NCBI GenBank assembly: GCA_038882975.1
Contig: JAVZNE010000001.1
Span: forward strand, 128,001-192,000
Length of the DNA stretch: 64,000 bases
Direction of reading: 5' to 3'
From: Candidatus Bathyarchaeia archaeon
GTDB taxonomy: Archaea > Thermoproteota > Bathyarchaeia > Bathyarchaeales > Bathycorpusculaceae
Both the position numbers and the translations under genes were made by a program. Positions within the stretch are counted from its first letter, which is position 1, and each line of letters opens with the position of its first letter. Below the pieces are notes generated by a model. That model did not search any database. It worked only from the letters and a program-made list of their open reading frames with translations, and had not been told where the DNA came from. Of the stretch, positions 28,335 to 38,637 are shown piece after piece.

Positions 28335-30932
28335 TTATATCGGTATTTTCATTGCAGAATTACTGCATTTTGTGCATAAAGGGAAATTACTAAATTTTTG
28401 TAACCATAGTTTAATGGTTAATATAAGGATTATAAGTAGTAGCACCGAATAAAGTGCTCCAATTAAAGCGCTCATGATGTTTGACAAATAGGGGTCGCCA
28501 AAAGCAACCCTTTCCGCTCCACTTATAAATCGTAAATAATTCCTCCAGAACGCTACGTATATAAAGCCTGTGGCAATGCTTATAACTGCAAATGTCACTA
28601 AAAAATACTTTTCGTTTGAAAAAAGGTAAGCCATTAACAGAAGCCCAGCGATCCATATTACAAACTGATCAAATATTGTTGGAAAGGTCAATTGGAATAT
28701 GGCAACGGTACATAACATAAAAGTTCCAGTTATCATTTTTTCATGTAAACCTGCTAAATTCGCCTTGTTTACTCGATATAAGAAGATTGCAATTAAAATC
28801 AAAAAAGCAATTAATGTTCCACAAGGATAGAAAAATGGATGCAATTCATATCCCAATATTTCTAGCATAAACCTGAGAGTTAAGCCGTATCCCACAGAGG
28901 ATGGTATGATTGAACCGTATAAATAAAAGTTAAATTGTTTTCCATAAAAGGCTTCGCCGGGAATCCCTGATAAAAATCTTTCAAAGGACGTAATAAATAT
29001 TGGTGATTTCGGCTCAAAGACAAACGGCACTATCAAAATACAAAAGATACCCACAGCCAGCAGCAACGTTTTAAAAGCTGGAAAGAATCCATCACTTTTC
29101 TTTATTTTTGCCAAAAGAGGAACAAAGGTTGCGGCTCCCACAGGGTTGATTATTGCACAGAAACCTGAAAATATGCCTGCTTTAACTTTATCATACTTAA
29201 CAATCAAGTAATATGTGCTGAGAATAATTGTGAACACAAATATTGTGTCAAATTGACCTAGTATCGCAGAAATATAAATCGTTAATGGGTTAAGCATGTA
29301 TATGCTCAACAGTAAAGCTTGTTCTTTTGGCACATGTTTTTGCGATATTTTTTGTAAGTACAAGACTATTCCTAGATCGGCTAAGATGGATGGAATTTTA
29401 ACGAAAAATGATTCTAATGTATACGCGGAAGAAGCTAAGAATTGAAAATCTTGAAAGCCTGCTGCTCTTAAAAGGGCATATGGGAGGTAAGCGGCAATTT
29501 GTATGTAGACAAATCCAGGTAAACTGACCCATTGCGCTCCCAGTATGCCCGATCCATAATATAAAGCGCCTAATTGTGCAAATATTTGAAGATCGTATGG
29601 ATATGCGGTTATAGGTGCGAGAACCAGTCGGAAAGCTAAACCTGTAATCAAAATTCTAGTTATAGTCGTTTTATCGTTATTTAGTATGCCTTTTCTGTGC
29701 ATGAAAAATAAGGCTATAAGCAGGAATGTGGGAAGTATTCCAGCCATCATCAAAATGAATAATGTCGCTGCTAGAAGAACTTCTTCGCTTAAAGTGGGTA
29801 AAGTACATTCGTCGAATTGAATTTTAGAAAAAGTAAACTCAACTTTATGAAGTGTAACGCTTTTTATTTCGCTTCCATTAACAGGGACAAAAATTATTCC
29901 ATAATCCCCTTCTTCCATCAAGTAATGGAGCCCGTTTATCGGATCAAAATTTAAATCGAGAAACTTTAACTTCTTCCAGTCAATATATGTGCCTATTTGA
30001 TTTGAACGGCTTGTGTGGATGAAAAGGAAATCACTTCGTGAAGCAACCAATCCGTCTTTCTTTTTGTAAACTAAAAACACTGTGTATAATGCGTTTTTTG
30101 ACGCGTTAATTGAATATTTTACGTAGGCTCTTTGAAGATATGGATAGTTAACAATAGACCGTCTAAAATCGTCATTTTCCTTAATGACATAAGCTGCCGT
30201 CCCTTCCGAAAGGCAATAAGCTTTAACTTTCTGACTTAGATAATAAGGCAATTCTCTCATTACGCTTAACGAAGCTAGTCTAAACAAACAGCGACCTTCG
30301 ATTTCCGGTTTCAAAATGCCAAGAATTTTCACTTTAATTTCGATGGCGGAGAAGTTTTTATCAGCCAGTGCGCACTTTAAAAGCATCTCTTTTATATTAA
30401 GTGTTACTGAATGATTTATATGATCGTCAAAGCCCATGTCAACTTTGGATGAACAATTTACCCAAACATATTTATCATCAATCACAATATTGTGAGCTGG
30501 TTGCAATTCGTTTTCAAATATTGCATAGTTATTTAAAGTTCCTACCAATAGGTCGATTGATACGTCAGGGCTGCTGGAGATCAAGGCGTGGAGATAGGGA
30601 AATCTAGAAAAATTTAAGGAAAGTCCTTCTAAGGTAGCATTAAAGATATACCGCCTTGAATAATTAATAGGACAATCGATTAGCAGGGTTCCGTCAATGA
30701 TGTGACATTTTGCATCTTTCGGTTCAACATTCAATTGAGAGAGATTTATTGAAATAGCCTTGCTTAATGAAATTATGGTATTATTAACCATTAATGAGAA
30801 GATTCGTGTATCTTCGGCATCGATAAGTGTTGCAGTTTGATTTGCGAGTTTACCCTTACAGTATATTATGCAAACTCCATAAACTAATAAAGTAAGCAAC
30901 ATTGTCATGACACGTCGCTTCATAAACACCAC
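28335..30932 (-). CDS. Large membrane protein: extracellular N-domain + GT-C-like (PIG-M/GT87-like) polytopic domain
   Basis: RLVLAPITAYPYDL, KIPSILAD, LNPLTIYISAILGQFD motifs; >10 TM segments. Confidence 0.65.
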   Translation of the reverse strand: MVFMKRRVMTMLLTLLVYGVCIIYCKGKLANQTATLIDAEDTRIFSLMVNNTIISLSKAISINLSQLNVEPKDAKCHIIDGTLLIDCPINYSRRYIFNATLEGLSLNFSRFPYLHALISSSPDVSIDLLVGTLNNYAIFENELQPAHNIVIDDKYVWVNCSSKVDMGFDDHINHSVTLNIKEMLLKCALADKNFSAIEIKVKILGILKPEIEGRCLFRLASLSVMRELPYYLSQKVKAYCLSEGTAAYVIKENDDFRRSIVNYPYLQRAYVKYSINASKNALYTVFLVYKKKDGLVASRSDFLFIHTSRSNQIGTYIDWKKLKFLDLNFDPINGLHYLMEEGDYGIIFVPVNGSEIKSVTLHKVEFTFSKIQFDECTLPTLSEEVLLAATLFILMMAGILPTFLLIALFFMHRKGILNNDKTTITRILITGLAFRLVLAPITAYPYDLQIFAQLGALYYGSGILGAQWVSLPGFVYIQIAAYLPYALLRAAGFQDFQFLASSAYTLESFFVKIPSILADLGIVLYLQKISQKHVPKEQALLLSIYMLNPLTIYISAILGQFDTIFVFTIILSTYYLIVKYDKVKAGIFSGFCAIINPVGAATFVPLLAKIKKSDGFFPAFKTLLLAVGIFCILIVPFVFEPKSPIFITSFERFLSGIPGEAFYGKQFNFYLYGSIIPSSVGYGLTLRFMLEILGYELHPFFYPCGTLIAFLILIAIFLYRVNKANLAGLHEKMITGTFMLCTVAIFQLTFPTIFDQFVIWIAGLLLMAYLFSNEKYFLVTFAVISIATGFIYVAFWRNYLRFISGAERVAFGDPYLSNIMSALIGALYSVLLLIILILTIKLWLQKFSNFPLCTKCSNSAMKIPI

Positions 30933-31945
30933 ATAGCATTTAACCTGTACCTTTCAAAAATGTAAAAATTTAAGCATTTCGTACAGTAGCAGCTTAACCT
31001 TCGGTGAAGATAAATGATTATACAACCTATACATAAACTGTTAGCTGTCACAATTATGCTGGTTAAAAAGTCTAGAGATTTAAAAATTCCAAGCAACACT
31101 GTAAGTTTATATAGTACAGCGACATGATAAACGTAGAAAAATAACGCGTGCCTTCCCATAAACTCGAAAATCTGGGGCCCTATCCACTTACCAAATTTTG
31201 CAACTACCAAGAAAATAAGTGAGACCATTGAAAGGCTTAACAGGACAAAGCTTGTAGCCCCCTCAAAATACGAGATTTTAGGCGAGATAGTCAAAGTAAA
31301 AAGTAAGGCTGATACAAAAGTTGAAAGGCTAAAGCTTAAAATGGTCTTAGAATCCCGAGCGAGAATTTTATTAGCGAGAAACATTCCCGCCGAAAAATAT
31401 GGAAGCATCAGCAAATCGTGAATCCATAGAAAAAGGGACGGATAATCATGCCAACACAATAATTTGATACGTATTCTCGAAGAAGGAAGGAAACACTCCA
31501 AACACCTATCATGAACCAAAAGGTGTGCCTATAAAAATCAAAAGTAAAGTTAAGGATATCATTGCATAGAGCCCGATAGCCCCGATAACCTCCCTAAATT
31601 CTAAAAATAAAGTTATGTCAGCTACCCATATACAGATTATTAAGCTAAGAAAAATATAGGCGCCATACCTTCTAAATCCATATATTCATATTTTAAGTTT
31701 TGAATAACTACGTTCGAGTCTCTTTTTAAATGATAAATATAAGCTGACTCCAGAAACGGTCATAAAAATAGGCAACCAGTTAAAAAAATCAAAACCAAAA
31801 CCAAATGCATACCAATCTCTATTACTTAAGCCGTAGAGAATGAAATCTTTGCTAAAGAAGTCCCATGTTTGAAACCAAATCATCCAAAGAACAGCAATAC
31901 CCAGTACAATGTCAATGTCTCTAACACGTTTAGAACTCTTAATAT
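30920..31945 (-). pseudogene. Disrupted membrane acyltransferase (DUF1624/HGSNAT-like)
   Basis: KRVRDIDIVLGIAVLWM N-motif without canonical start, in-frame TGA at 31686, two frame changes near 31400-31520, C-terminal GRHALFFYVYH. Confidence 0.7.
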
Positions 31946-31954
31946 TCGTTCCTC

Positions 31955-32695
31955 CTAATATCCTTTCATTTTAATTTTGATGAGCTCGATAAGGCTTACA
32001 GCTGCAAGATACGGCAGGCGTATAAATTTCATAAATCTTGATTTTCTAACTTCGTAAACTTTTAGCGGAACCTCGCTTACAGTTAAGCACATTTTCCTTG
32101 CTTTTGCCAATATCCACACGTTGCACAAGTGTGCTCTGGTTCTAACATCAGATATAAGCGCTTGAACCTTTTGTGTATTATATCCATGATACCCCTCCAC
32201 ATCAGAATATCCCAACCTTAGAAACATTCTTGCAAGAAAATTATAATATTTATTAGCCAAGCGGTTCAAGAGAGGCCTTCCATCGACCCCGATATTTTTT
32301 GAACAAATAACTATATCGGAATACTTCAGGGCGTGAAAGCAACGTTCCAAAACGCTTAAGTCCACGTAATCGATCCCAAAAACTATACTGTATTTCCCTT
32401 TTGCAAGTTTCAATCCTTCAATAACAGCTGTGGAATAATCGGCTTGGTCAAGCTTGACCAATCTAATGAAACTAAATCGGCTTTGAAGGCGCCTAATAAT
32501 TTGAAAAGTTCTATCAGTACTTCCATTTTCAACAAATAAAACTTCAAATCTTTCAGTTAAGTTTTGTACATAATCCATCAGTTTCAGGGCTTGTCTCTCC
32601 AATATTTCTTCCTCGTTATGGACTGGAATGACTATGGATAATACGCATGGTTGTTTGTCAGCGACACGTTCAATGCTTGAGGCATTTTCAGTCAA
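31955..32695 (-). CDS. Glycosyltransferase family 2 (DPM/DPG synthase-like)
   Basis: IPVHNEE, VENGSTDRT. Confidence 0.85.
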   Translation of the reverse strand: MTENASSIERVADKQPCVLSIVIPVHNEEEILERQALKLMDYVQNLTERFEVLFVENGSTDRTFQIIRRLQSRFSFIRLVKLDQADYSTAVIEGLKLAKGKYSIVFGIDYVDLSVLERCFHALKYSDIVICSKNIGVDGRPLLNRLANKYYNFLARMFLRLGYSDVEGYHGYNTQKVQALISDVRTRAHLCNVWILAKARKMCLTVSEVPLKVYEVRKSRFMKFIRLPYLAAVSLIELIKIKMKGY

Positions 32696-32737
32696 CTATT
32701 CAAGTTCTCCCTATCAGAATAGTTTCACCAGCTTAAA

Positions 32738-33490
32738 TTAAGAACCACGAGTAAGCTTAAATGGTTTTATCCTAATAGATCTTAAGGACATGTCCACGGT
32801 TAATGGAGGGCCATTATACTCCTTTAATGTCATAGGCTGAACTTCTGGAGTTGTAATTTTTGCAAGTTCAAACATAGAAAGTTTCTCTTCTCCGCAAACA
32901 TGTAATATTCCAGTAAGACCTTCTTCAACAATATTTTTAATGGCTCGGGCCAAGTCATCAGCAAATAAATAGGTTCCAAATCTATCAACAAAAGCCTTTG
33001 GATATGGCCATTTTTCCCTCGCAACAAAATTTGTCCTTATTATTAACCACTTTTTAAGGTTTGAGTATTTAACAACAAATTCACCTAAAAGCTTAGTTAA
33101 AGAGTAAAAATTTTTGGGGTAGGGTATGTCCGTCTCAACATAGTCGCCTTTATCTCCATAAAATACACACGCCGTAGAGATATAGACAAAGTAACACTCT
33201 CGAACAAAACTTTCACAAGCCCTTACCAGATTTTCTGTACCTTCGACATTAATGCGCCAAGCAAGCAACTTATTTTCTTCACATTCCCTAATACCTGTCA
33301 AAGCTGCACAATGTATGAGCACCTCTGGCTTGTAATTTTTAATAAAATCAAAAACAGCCTCTTTATTGATAATATCAAGCTCTTCATGCCTGGGGGCAAA
33401 GGAATCTGGAAAGACCTTTAAAAGCTCTTTACCAAGCCTTCCTGTAGATCCTGTTATCATGACCCTAGGCGCCATATTTGCCTTAGCCAC
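32738..33490 (-). CDS. RmlD-like NAD(P)-dependent sugar-nucleotide reductase
   Basis: TGSTGRLG, YISTACVF, YSLTKLLGE. Confidence 0.85.
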   Translation of the reverse strand: MAKANMAPRVMITGSTGRLGKELLKVFPDSFAPRHEELDIINKEAVFDFIKNYKPEVLIHCAALTGIRECEENKLLAWRINVEGTENLVRACESFVRECYFVYISTACVFYGDKGDYVETDIPYPKNFYSLTKLLGEFVVKYSNLKKWLIIRTNFVAREKWPYPKAFVDRFGTYLFADDLARAIKNIVEEGLTGILHVCGEEKLSMFELAKITTPEVQPMTLKEYNGPPLTVDMSLRSIRIKPFKLTRGS

Positions 33491-34410
33491 CTCTCATTAT
33501 CAAAGATCGGATCCCTATAATCCTTAATTATGCCACTAGCATATGCTGCTTTTATCTCGTCAACTGCAAATTCCACCCGTTTAAAGTTTATATTGCCAAA
33601 AACTTCCTTGACGTAAGTAGAATCAACAGCATAATTTCTAGGGTCATTTTGTTCTTCAACTGTCACGATTTCACAATTTAGCTTTTTCTTCAAGCGTTCT
33701 GCTACTTCTATTATCTTATAATTATTTCCACCGATGTTATAGATGCCATTTATGTCCACGTTCAAAGCTTTAATAAAGTATTCTGTCACATCTTGCAAAT
33801 GCACGAAGGGTCTATACTGTTCTCCTCCGAAAACTGTTATTGTCTTTCCTTGAATAGCCTGCCCAATAAATTTATTGATAACTAAATCAAATCTCATGCG
33901 AGGAGAAAAGCCGAACAACGTTCCAAGTCTAAATATAACATACTTTTTACAAAGCCTTTCAATAGCTTTCTCTGAAAGTAGTTTTGAAAAAGCATACAAT
34001 GACAAAGGCGCCACCTTTGACTTCTCCGTGATCAATTGACCAGGTTGCGCGCCATAAACTGAGCAGGTAGAAGAAAAAATAAGTTTTACATTTCTTTTGC
34101 CACATAATTCAGCTAATTTTTTAGTTGCTAAATAGTTTACATCAATTGATAATTCCATATCCAAACTTGAAGCAGTATCTCCGATAATACCAGCTAAATG
34201 AACAACCGCCTCAACATCTTTTAAGGCACTTTGTAAAACTTTTTCATCTCTTATATCCCCTTTTATAAGCTCAAAAGAGTCACTTACATCTGTTATAAAA
34301 TTGCCATATAATATGGAATCAAGGACCCTTACTTCAAAACCTAATTTAATAAGTTTTTCAATTAGAATAGATCCTAAATAACCTAAACCCCCTGTGACAA
34401 GCACTTTCAT
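33457..34410 (-). CDS. NAD-dependent sugar epimerase/dehydratase (SDR)
   Basis: TGGLGYLG, SSTCSVYG, YAFSK, RMRFDLVIN. Confidence 0.9.
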   Translation of the reverse strand: MKVLVTGGLGYLGSILIEKLIKLGFEVRVLDSILYGNFITDVSDSFELIKGDIRDEKVLQSALKDVEAVVHLAGIIGDTASSLDMELSIDVNYLATKKLAELCGKRNVKLIFSSTCSVYGAQPGQLITEKSKVAPLSLYAFSKLLSEKAIERLCKKYVIFRLGTLFGFSPRMRFDLVINKFIGQAIQGKTITVFGGEQYRPFVHLQDVTEYFIKALNVDINGIYNIGGNNYKIIEVAERLKKKLNCEIVTVEEQNDPRNYAVDSTYVKEVFGNINFKRVEFAVDEIKAAYASGIIKDYRDPIFDNERWLRQIWRLGS

Positions 34411-34835
34411 CGAGGTTTAACCTCCCACAAGTCTCTTCCAAAGGTGAAAGGGTCAATTCTAACATCATCATTAATGGACTGCTCCAAACTTTTATTGGAC
34501 ATGCCTATTAAAATCGTGTCTTCTTCTAGAGACACCCAACCATGAAAATATCCAGGTGGTATTATTAATAAACATGGTCTCTTCGGGCTTAGTATATATG
34601 TTGAAATGCTCCCGTTTTCATCTATTACAACAAATTTGGCGGAGCCACTAATTACAAAATAACATTTCCACTCTTCATTATGCTTGTGGAACCCCCGTAT
34701 TGTTCCCTTGCTAAAATTTCCAACAACATAAACTCTTTTAAGCTCTGGGAACTCCCCTTCATAATTACCATATATTTGGTAGAGAAAACCTCTGTCATCT
34801 AAGTGGCATTCTACCTCGAGTTGTTTAGGCTTCAT
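34407..34835 (-). CDS. RmlC-like cupin (sugar-nucleotide 3,5-epimerase/isomerase)
   Basis: DDRG, IRGFHKH, IPPGYFHG. Confidence 0.85.
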   Translation of the reverse strand: MKPKQLEVECHLDDRGFLYQIYGNYEGEFPELKRVYVVGNFSKGTIRGFHKHNEEWKCYFVISGSAKFVVIDENGSISTYILSPKRPCLLIIPPGYFHGWVSLEEDTILIGMSNKSLEQSINDDVRIDPFTFGRDLWEVKPR

Positions 34836-34951
34836 ATGCTTAACCTTACAAATTAAGTCTCTTTATTTAATAGATGCACGTATAAACTTTACCCATTTCT
34901 AATCTTTGTTTCACTAAGTTCTAACTCGAAGTTTTAATTTGAACTTGAATG

Positions 34952-35953
34952 TTAACGTTTTATTTTGTTCCATAATACCATACTTCCAATAATTATCACA
35001 GGGTAGAAAATTATCCAAGTTATTGACATAATGGGGCCATAGAAATTGTGAAAAATCATCCAATTACCACGGTTCGCCGCTATCAGATAAATAAGGACGA
35101 CTCTTAGTATATTAATCAAATATGTTATCACTGCACCCACAACAAAGTAAATTATTTTTTGCCAGCGTAAGATGGCACTCTTCTTCAAAAAGAGCGTAAT
35201 TGTTAGGGTGTATATTATAAGACTTTCCACACCCGCGCAGGGCCAGGCAATGCCAAAACTAGCAAGAACCTTTGAGGGGCATGCTGGATCTAAGACGATT
35301 AATATTGGATAATAGCCATAACTGGCATTATAAATGGTGATTAGACGTGTAGGATACCCAAGCGTATTCAAAACGCCTTGAGCAAAATTTGCTGTTGGGA
35401 AGACTAGAGACTGAAATGGAGTAAAGCGACCAACAGGGTATAGCTGATCGGTTATGTATATCAGACCAGTGATTCCAAGAAAAATTATAGAGATGGAAAA
35501 TTCTTCCAGACGGGTTATTCCATAGGTGGATATTACTATAAGACATAGAAATATGGAAAAAACCAGATATTCCATTGAAAGAGGTAATAGACGAGCATGA
35601 AAAACTCCATTTCTCTCAGCCAGTGCCCTAATCGCCTCATTTAACCCGAAAAAGTTGGCGATTATAACATACACTGTGGGGAGCGAGATAAAAGTTACAA
35701 GAATAAACATTCTTTTCTTGTTAACTTGTGATAAAGAAAGTCTTTCATACCCGATAATAGTCTCTAAAAAGCAAATCCATAGGAAGAAAAAGTAGAAGAA
35801 TCTTCCCTGCCAATATCCCTCCCACGTGCCATAAAATGAATTAGAATAAAGAGAATGTAACACTAAAATAGGCGGTAAGAATGAAACGACGGGTAGAAAT
35901 TTTACGAAAATTTGGAAAACTTTGTGCAATGATAAGTTGAGCTTAACCTTCAT
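34952..35953 (-). CDS. Exosortase/archaeosortase family protein (thaumarchaeosortase-like)
   Basis: WQGR, WPCAGVES (Cys), NILRV (Arg), FHN (His), polytopic. Confidence 0.85.
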   Translation of the reverse strand: MKVKLNLSLHKVFQIFVKFLPVVSFLPPILVLHSLYSNSFYGTWEGYWQGRFFYFFFLWICFLETIIGYERLSLSQVNKKRMFILVTFISLPTVYVIIANFFGLNEAIRALAERNGVFHARLLPLSMEYLVFSIFLCLIVISTYGITRLEEFSISIIFLGITGLIYITDQLYPVGRFTPFQSLVFPTANFAQGVLNTLGYPTRLITIYNASYGYYPILIVLDPACPSKVLASFGIAWPCAGVESLIIYTLTITLFLKKSAILRWQKIIYFVVGAVITYLINILRVVLIYLIAANRGNWMIFHNFYGPIMSITWIIFYPVIIIGSMVLWNKIKR

Positions 35954-36053
35954 TGGCTTGGCTCCTAAAAAGATTAAAAGTGTAAATCTTTAAAAGCTTA
36001 TGCCAAAAAGCAATAAGACTGAAAGTAAAGCAATATTTATTAGAGGTGTTAAA

Positions 36054-36269
36054 ATGGAGATAAGGGAATATGGGAGAGTTTTTTGGATTTTAGGCTTTGT
36101 TATTTTCATTGCTGGTTTCCTCACCGGGATGTTAGCGATTGCCTTAATTCCGACAAAACCAGATGTTTTAACCTTGCAATTTGTAATTTTTGGATTCGGC
36201 TTTATTACTGGAATGACTGCAGTATCGCTGATCTATGTCGTGGTAAAGACGGTGAAAATACAAGATTAA
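36054..36269 (+). CDS. Small two-TM membrane protein
   Basis: GAGGTG SD upstream of ATG at 36054; two hydrophobic helices. Confidence 0.65.
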   Translation: MEIREYGRVFWILGFVIFIAGFLTGMLAIALIPTKPDVLTLQFVIFGFGFITGMTAVSLIYVVVKTVKIQD

Positions 36270-36309
36270 AACCCGAGAAGGTTTAAGAACAAGTGTGAGG
36301 TTTCATTAA

Positions 36310-37527
36310 ATGGATCTGAAATTGGCAAATTTTGTAAAGAAATTGTTTTATTCTTATTATGTGGCTGATTTCTCTGCACACAAAATGCCTTCAGAAATCA
36401 AGAAACGTGAGTTCGGTTTTGTTTCATTTGATGGTTCTATGATGCGTCACATGAGCTTTAATGCAACGGAAGAGTTAACGACCTTTATTAAGAATTTTGT
36501 CCCAAAAGACGCATATTTCTCGTGCGCTTACTACGAGAATCCGACAGAAGAGATGGACCGAAAAGATTGGTTGGGCGCCGACTTAATCTTTGACATTGAT
36601 GCTGATCATATTCCAACAACATGCGAAAAGATTCATGATAAGTGGACCTGCAAAAATTGTGGTTTTTCTGGAAAAGGAGTGACTCCTGAAAAATGCCCTT
36701 TGTGCGCTGGTGAAAAAATAGACGCGGAAACATGGCCGTGCGAAGTTTGCTTAAACTCTGCAAAGTCTGAAACAATAAAACTTCTTGATATGTTGCAGTC
36801 TGATTTCGGTTTCTCCAGAAATGAGATGCAAGTATTTTTCTCGGGACATCGCGGTTACCACGTTCACGTAGAATGTGAAGTTGTAAAATCCTTGGATTCC
36901 ACGGCAAGGAAAGAAATTGCTGATTACGTTTCAAGCATAGGTATAGAGGCGTCATTTCACCTTGTTGGAAAAAGCTCGAAGGGAAAAATCACCTATGGAA
37001 ACGGCCTACTTTTCAATTGTGGCTGGCCCAAAAGGTTGGCGGAGGGAATACAAACTTTCTTATCAGGTGCAAAAGAGGAAGATTTAAGGGAACTTGGTTT
37101 TAGGAAAAAAATCATTACTGCATTAATGGAGAAAAGTGATAAAATTTTAAAAAGCGATTTAAAAGGCGTTGGTCCAAAAACATGGGAAAAACTTGTTAAA
37201 CATGTTATAGCATCTCAGTCTGTAAAGATAGACACGGTGGTAACAACGGATATTCATAGGTTGATTAGGATACCGGAGACCTTAAACAGTAGAACGGGTT
37301 TCAAAAAAGCGGAAGTTCCGATATCCACAATCGATAAATTTGAACCGTTTAGAGACGCAATCGCTTTTAGAAAGGGTAGCGTAAAGGTTAGGGTGTCTGA
37401 CGCACCAGAGTTTAGAATAAACGATGAAACTTTTGGGCCTTATAGGGATAGGAAAATTGAATTACCTGTTGCAGCAGCTTTGCTCTTAGTTTGCCGTGGC
37501 AGGGCAGAGGTTTTGAATGGTGTATGA
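36310..37527 (+). CDS. priS: DNA primase small subunit
   Basis: KREFGF, ADLIFDIDAD, FSGHRGYH, VTTDIHRLIR. Confidence 0.95.
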   Translation: MDLKLANFVKKLFYSYYVADFSAHKMPSEIKKREFGFVSFDGSMMRHMSFNATEELTTFIKNFVPKDAYFSCAYYENPTEEMDRKDWLGADLIFDIDADHIPTTCEKIHDKWTCKNCGFSGKGVTPEKCPLCAGEKIDAETWPCEVCLNSAKSETIKLLDMLQSDFGFSRNEMQVFFSGHRGYHVHVECEVVKSLDSTARKEIADYVSSIGIEASFHLVGKSSKGKITYGNGLLFNCGWPKRLAEGIQTFLSGAKEEDLRELGFRKKIITALMEKSDKILKSDLKGVGPKTWEKLVKHVIASQSVKIDTVVTTDIHRLIRIPETLNSRTGFKKAEVPISTIDKFEPFRDAIAFRKGSVKVRVSDAPEFRINDETFGPYRDRKIELPVAAALLLVCRGRAEVLNGV

Positions 37528-38068
37528 AGAACTTTTAAAATTTTGGAAAAAAGAAAATGACAGCGGTGAACTGGAGAGTCTTCCTTCTGATTTTTACTTT
37601 CAAATTGCAGAATATATGAAGAGGTTAAAGGAAGAGGAACGAATGATTGACAGAAAAACGCTCAAAGCAAACCTTTTGAAAATTGAAATGAAAAACGTCG
37701 AACATATGGTACGTCAACTTGCGAAAAAAAGGTATAAAAAGATTGTTCAGCTCTTAACAAAGGACCAAAAAATTCCATTTGACTTGCTGACAACTCACGA
37801 GAGAAATATGTTCGCCGAGAAAAATTTATCGTTTGCTGACGCTTTCAAAAATTTTCTTAACAATCTAATGAGGGGCTCCCTGACCGAAAATGTTGTTGAG
37901 ACTCCCAGAAAAATGGTTGTGGTACGCTTTCTTAAAGAGGTCCCAGCAATTGTTGGCACGGACATGAAAATTTATGGCCCTTTTAAGTGTGAGGATATAG
38001 CATCATTACCTTTTGAAAATGTTAAGATTTTAATCAAACAAAAGCTTGCTGAAAAAATAGACTTTTAG
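37517..38068 (+). CDS. GINS subunit Gins51/Psf1-like
   Basis: Helical A domain then VRFLKEVPAIVGTDMKIYGPF B domain; follows priS. Confidence 0.85.
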   Translation: MVYEELLKFWKKENDSGELESLPSDFYFQIAEYMKRLKEEERMIDRKTLKANLLKIEMKNVEHMVRQLAKKRYKKIVQLLTKDQKIPFDLLTTHERNMFAEKNLSFADAFKNFLNNLMRGSLTENVVETPRKMVVVRFLKEVPAIVGTDMKIYGPFKCEDIASLPFENVKILIKQKLAEKIDF

Positions 38069-38127
38069 AATCTTGTGAAAAAGTTTAAGAGTAAGCTGTT
38101 TTCTTTTATGCGAATCGATGTGATCGA

Positions 38128-38403
38128 ATGAATGTTCCTAAAGAAATTAGAACATATTGCCCTCGATGTAAGGCGCATCAAATCCACACGGTTTCGCTTT
38201 ATAAGGCTGGTAAGCGTAGGGCCTTAGCCAAGGGTGAGCGCCACCATGAGCGCGAAAAGAAGGGTTATGGTGGGCAGAAGTATCCTTTACAGAGGAAGTT
38301 TGCTAAAACTACTAAGAAGCAGACTTTGAAGTTGAAGTGTAAGGTTTGTGGTTATACGAGGCATAAAGAGGGGGTAAGGTTAAGGAAGCTGGTTATAGCC
38401 TAA
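38128..38403 (+). CDS. rpl44e: 50S ribosomal protein L44e
   Basis: TYCPRCKAH, GYGGQKYP, KTTKK. Confidence 0.97.
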   Translation: MNVPKEIRTYCPRCKAHQIHTVSLYKAGKRRALAKGERHHEREKKGYGGQKYPLQRKFAKTTKKQTLKLKCKVCGYTRHKEGVRLRKLVIA

Positions 38404-38427
38404 AATGATAAGTTGAGGGTAAAGGTT

Positions 38428-38625
38428 ATGGCTGAGTGGGAGAAGCTTATTCCAAGGCCTAAGAGCACTTTTGTTAGGGTTAAATGTTTAAAATGTGGTA
38501 ATGAGCAGATAATTTTCAGCCATGCCGTGAATAAGGTTACGTGTAATGTTTGCGGTGCTGAGTTGGCTGAGCCTTCTGGTGGCAAGGCAGCCATTAAGGG
38601 TGAAGTAGTGGCTGTTTTTGAGTGA
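38428..38625 (+). CDS. rps27e: 30S ribosomal protein S27e
   Basis: [24 protein letters not shown]. Confidence 0.97.
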   Translation: MAEWEKLIPRPKSTFVRVKCLKCGNEQIIFSHAVNKVTCNVCGAELAEPSGGKAAIKGEVVAVFE

Positions 38626-38637
38626 GATGGTGTCGGA

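Noticed and set aside
31686-31688. In-frame TGA as possible selenocysteine or readthrough
   Set aside because: The same gene also has frameshifts and the position fits Trp to stop; a pseudogene is the simpler explanation.
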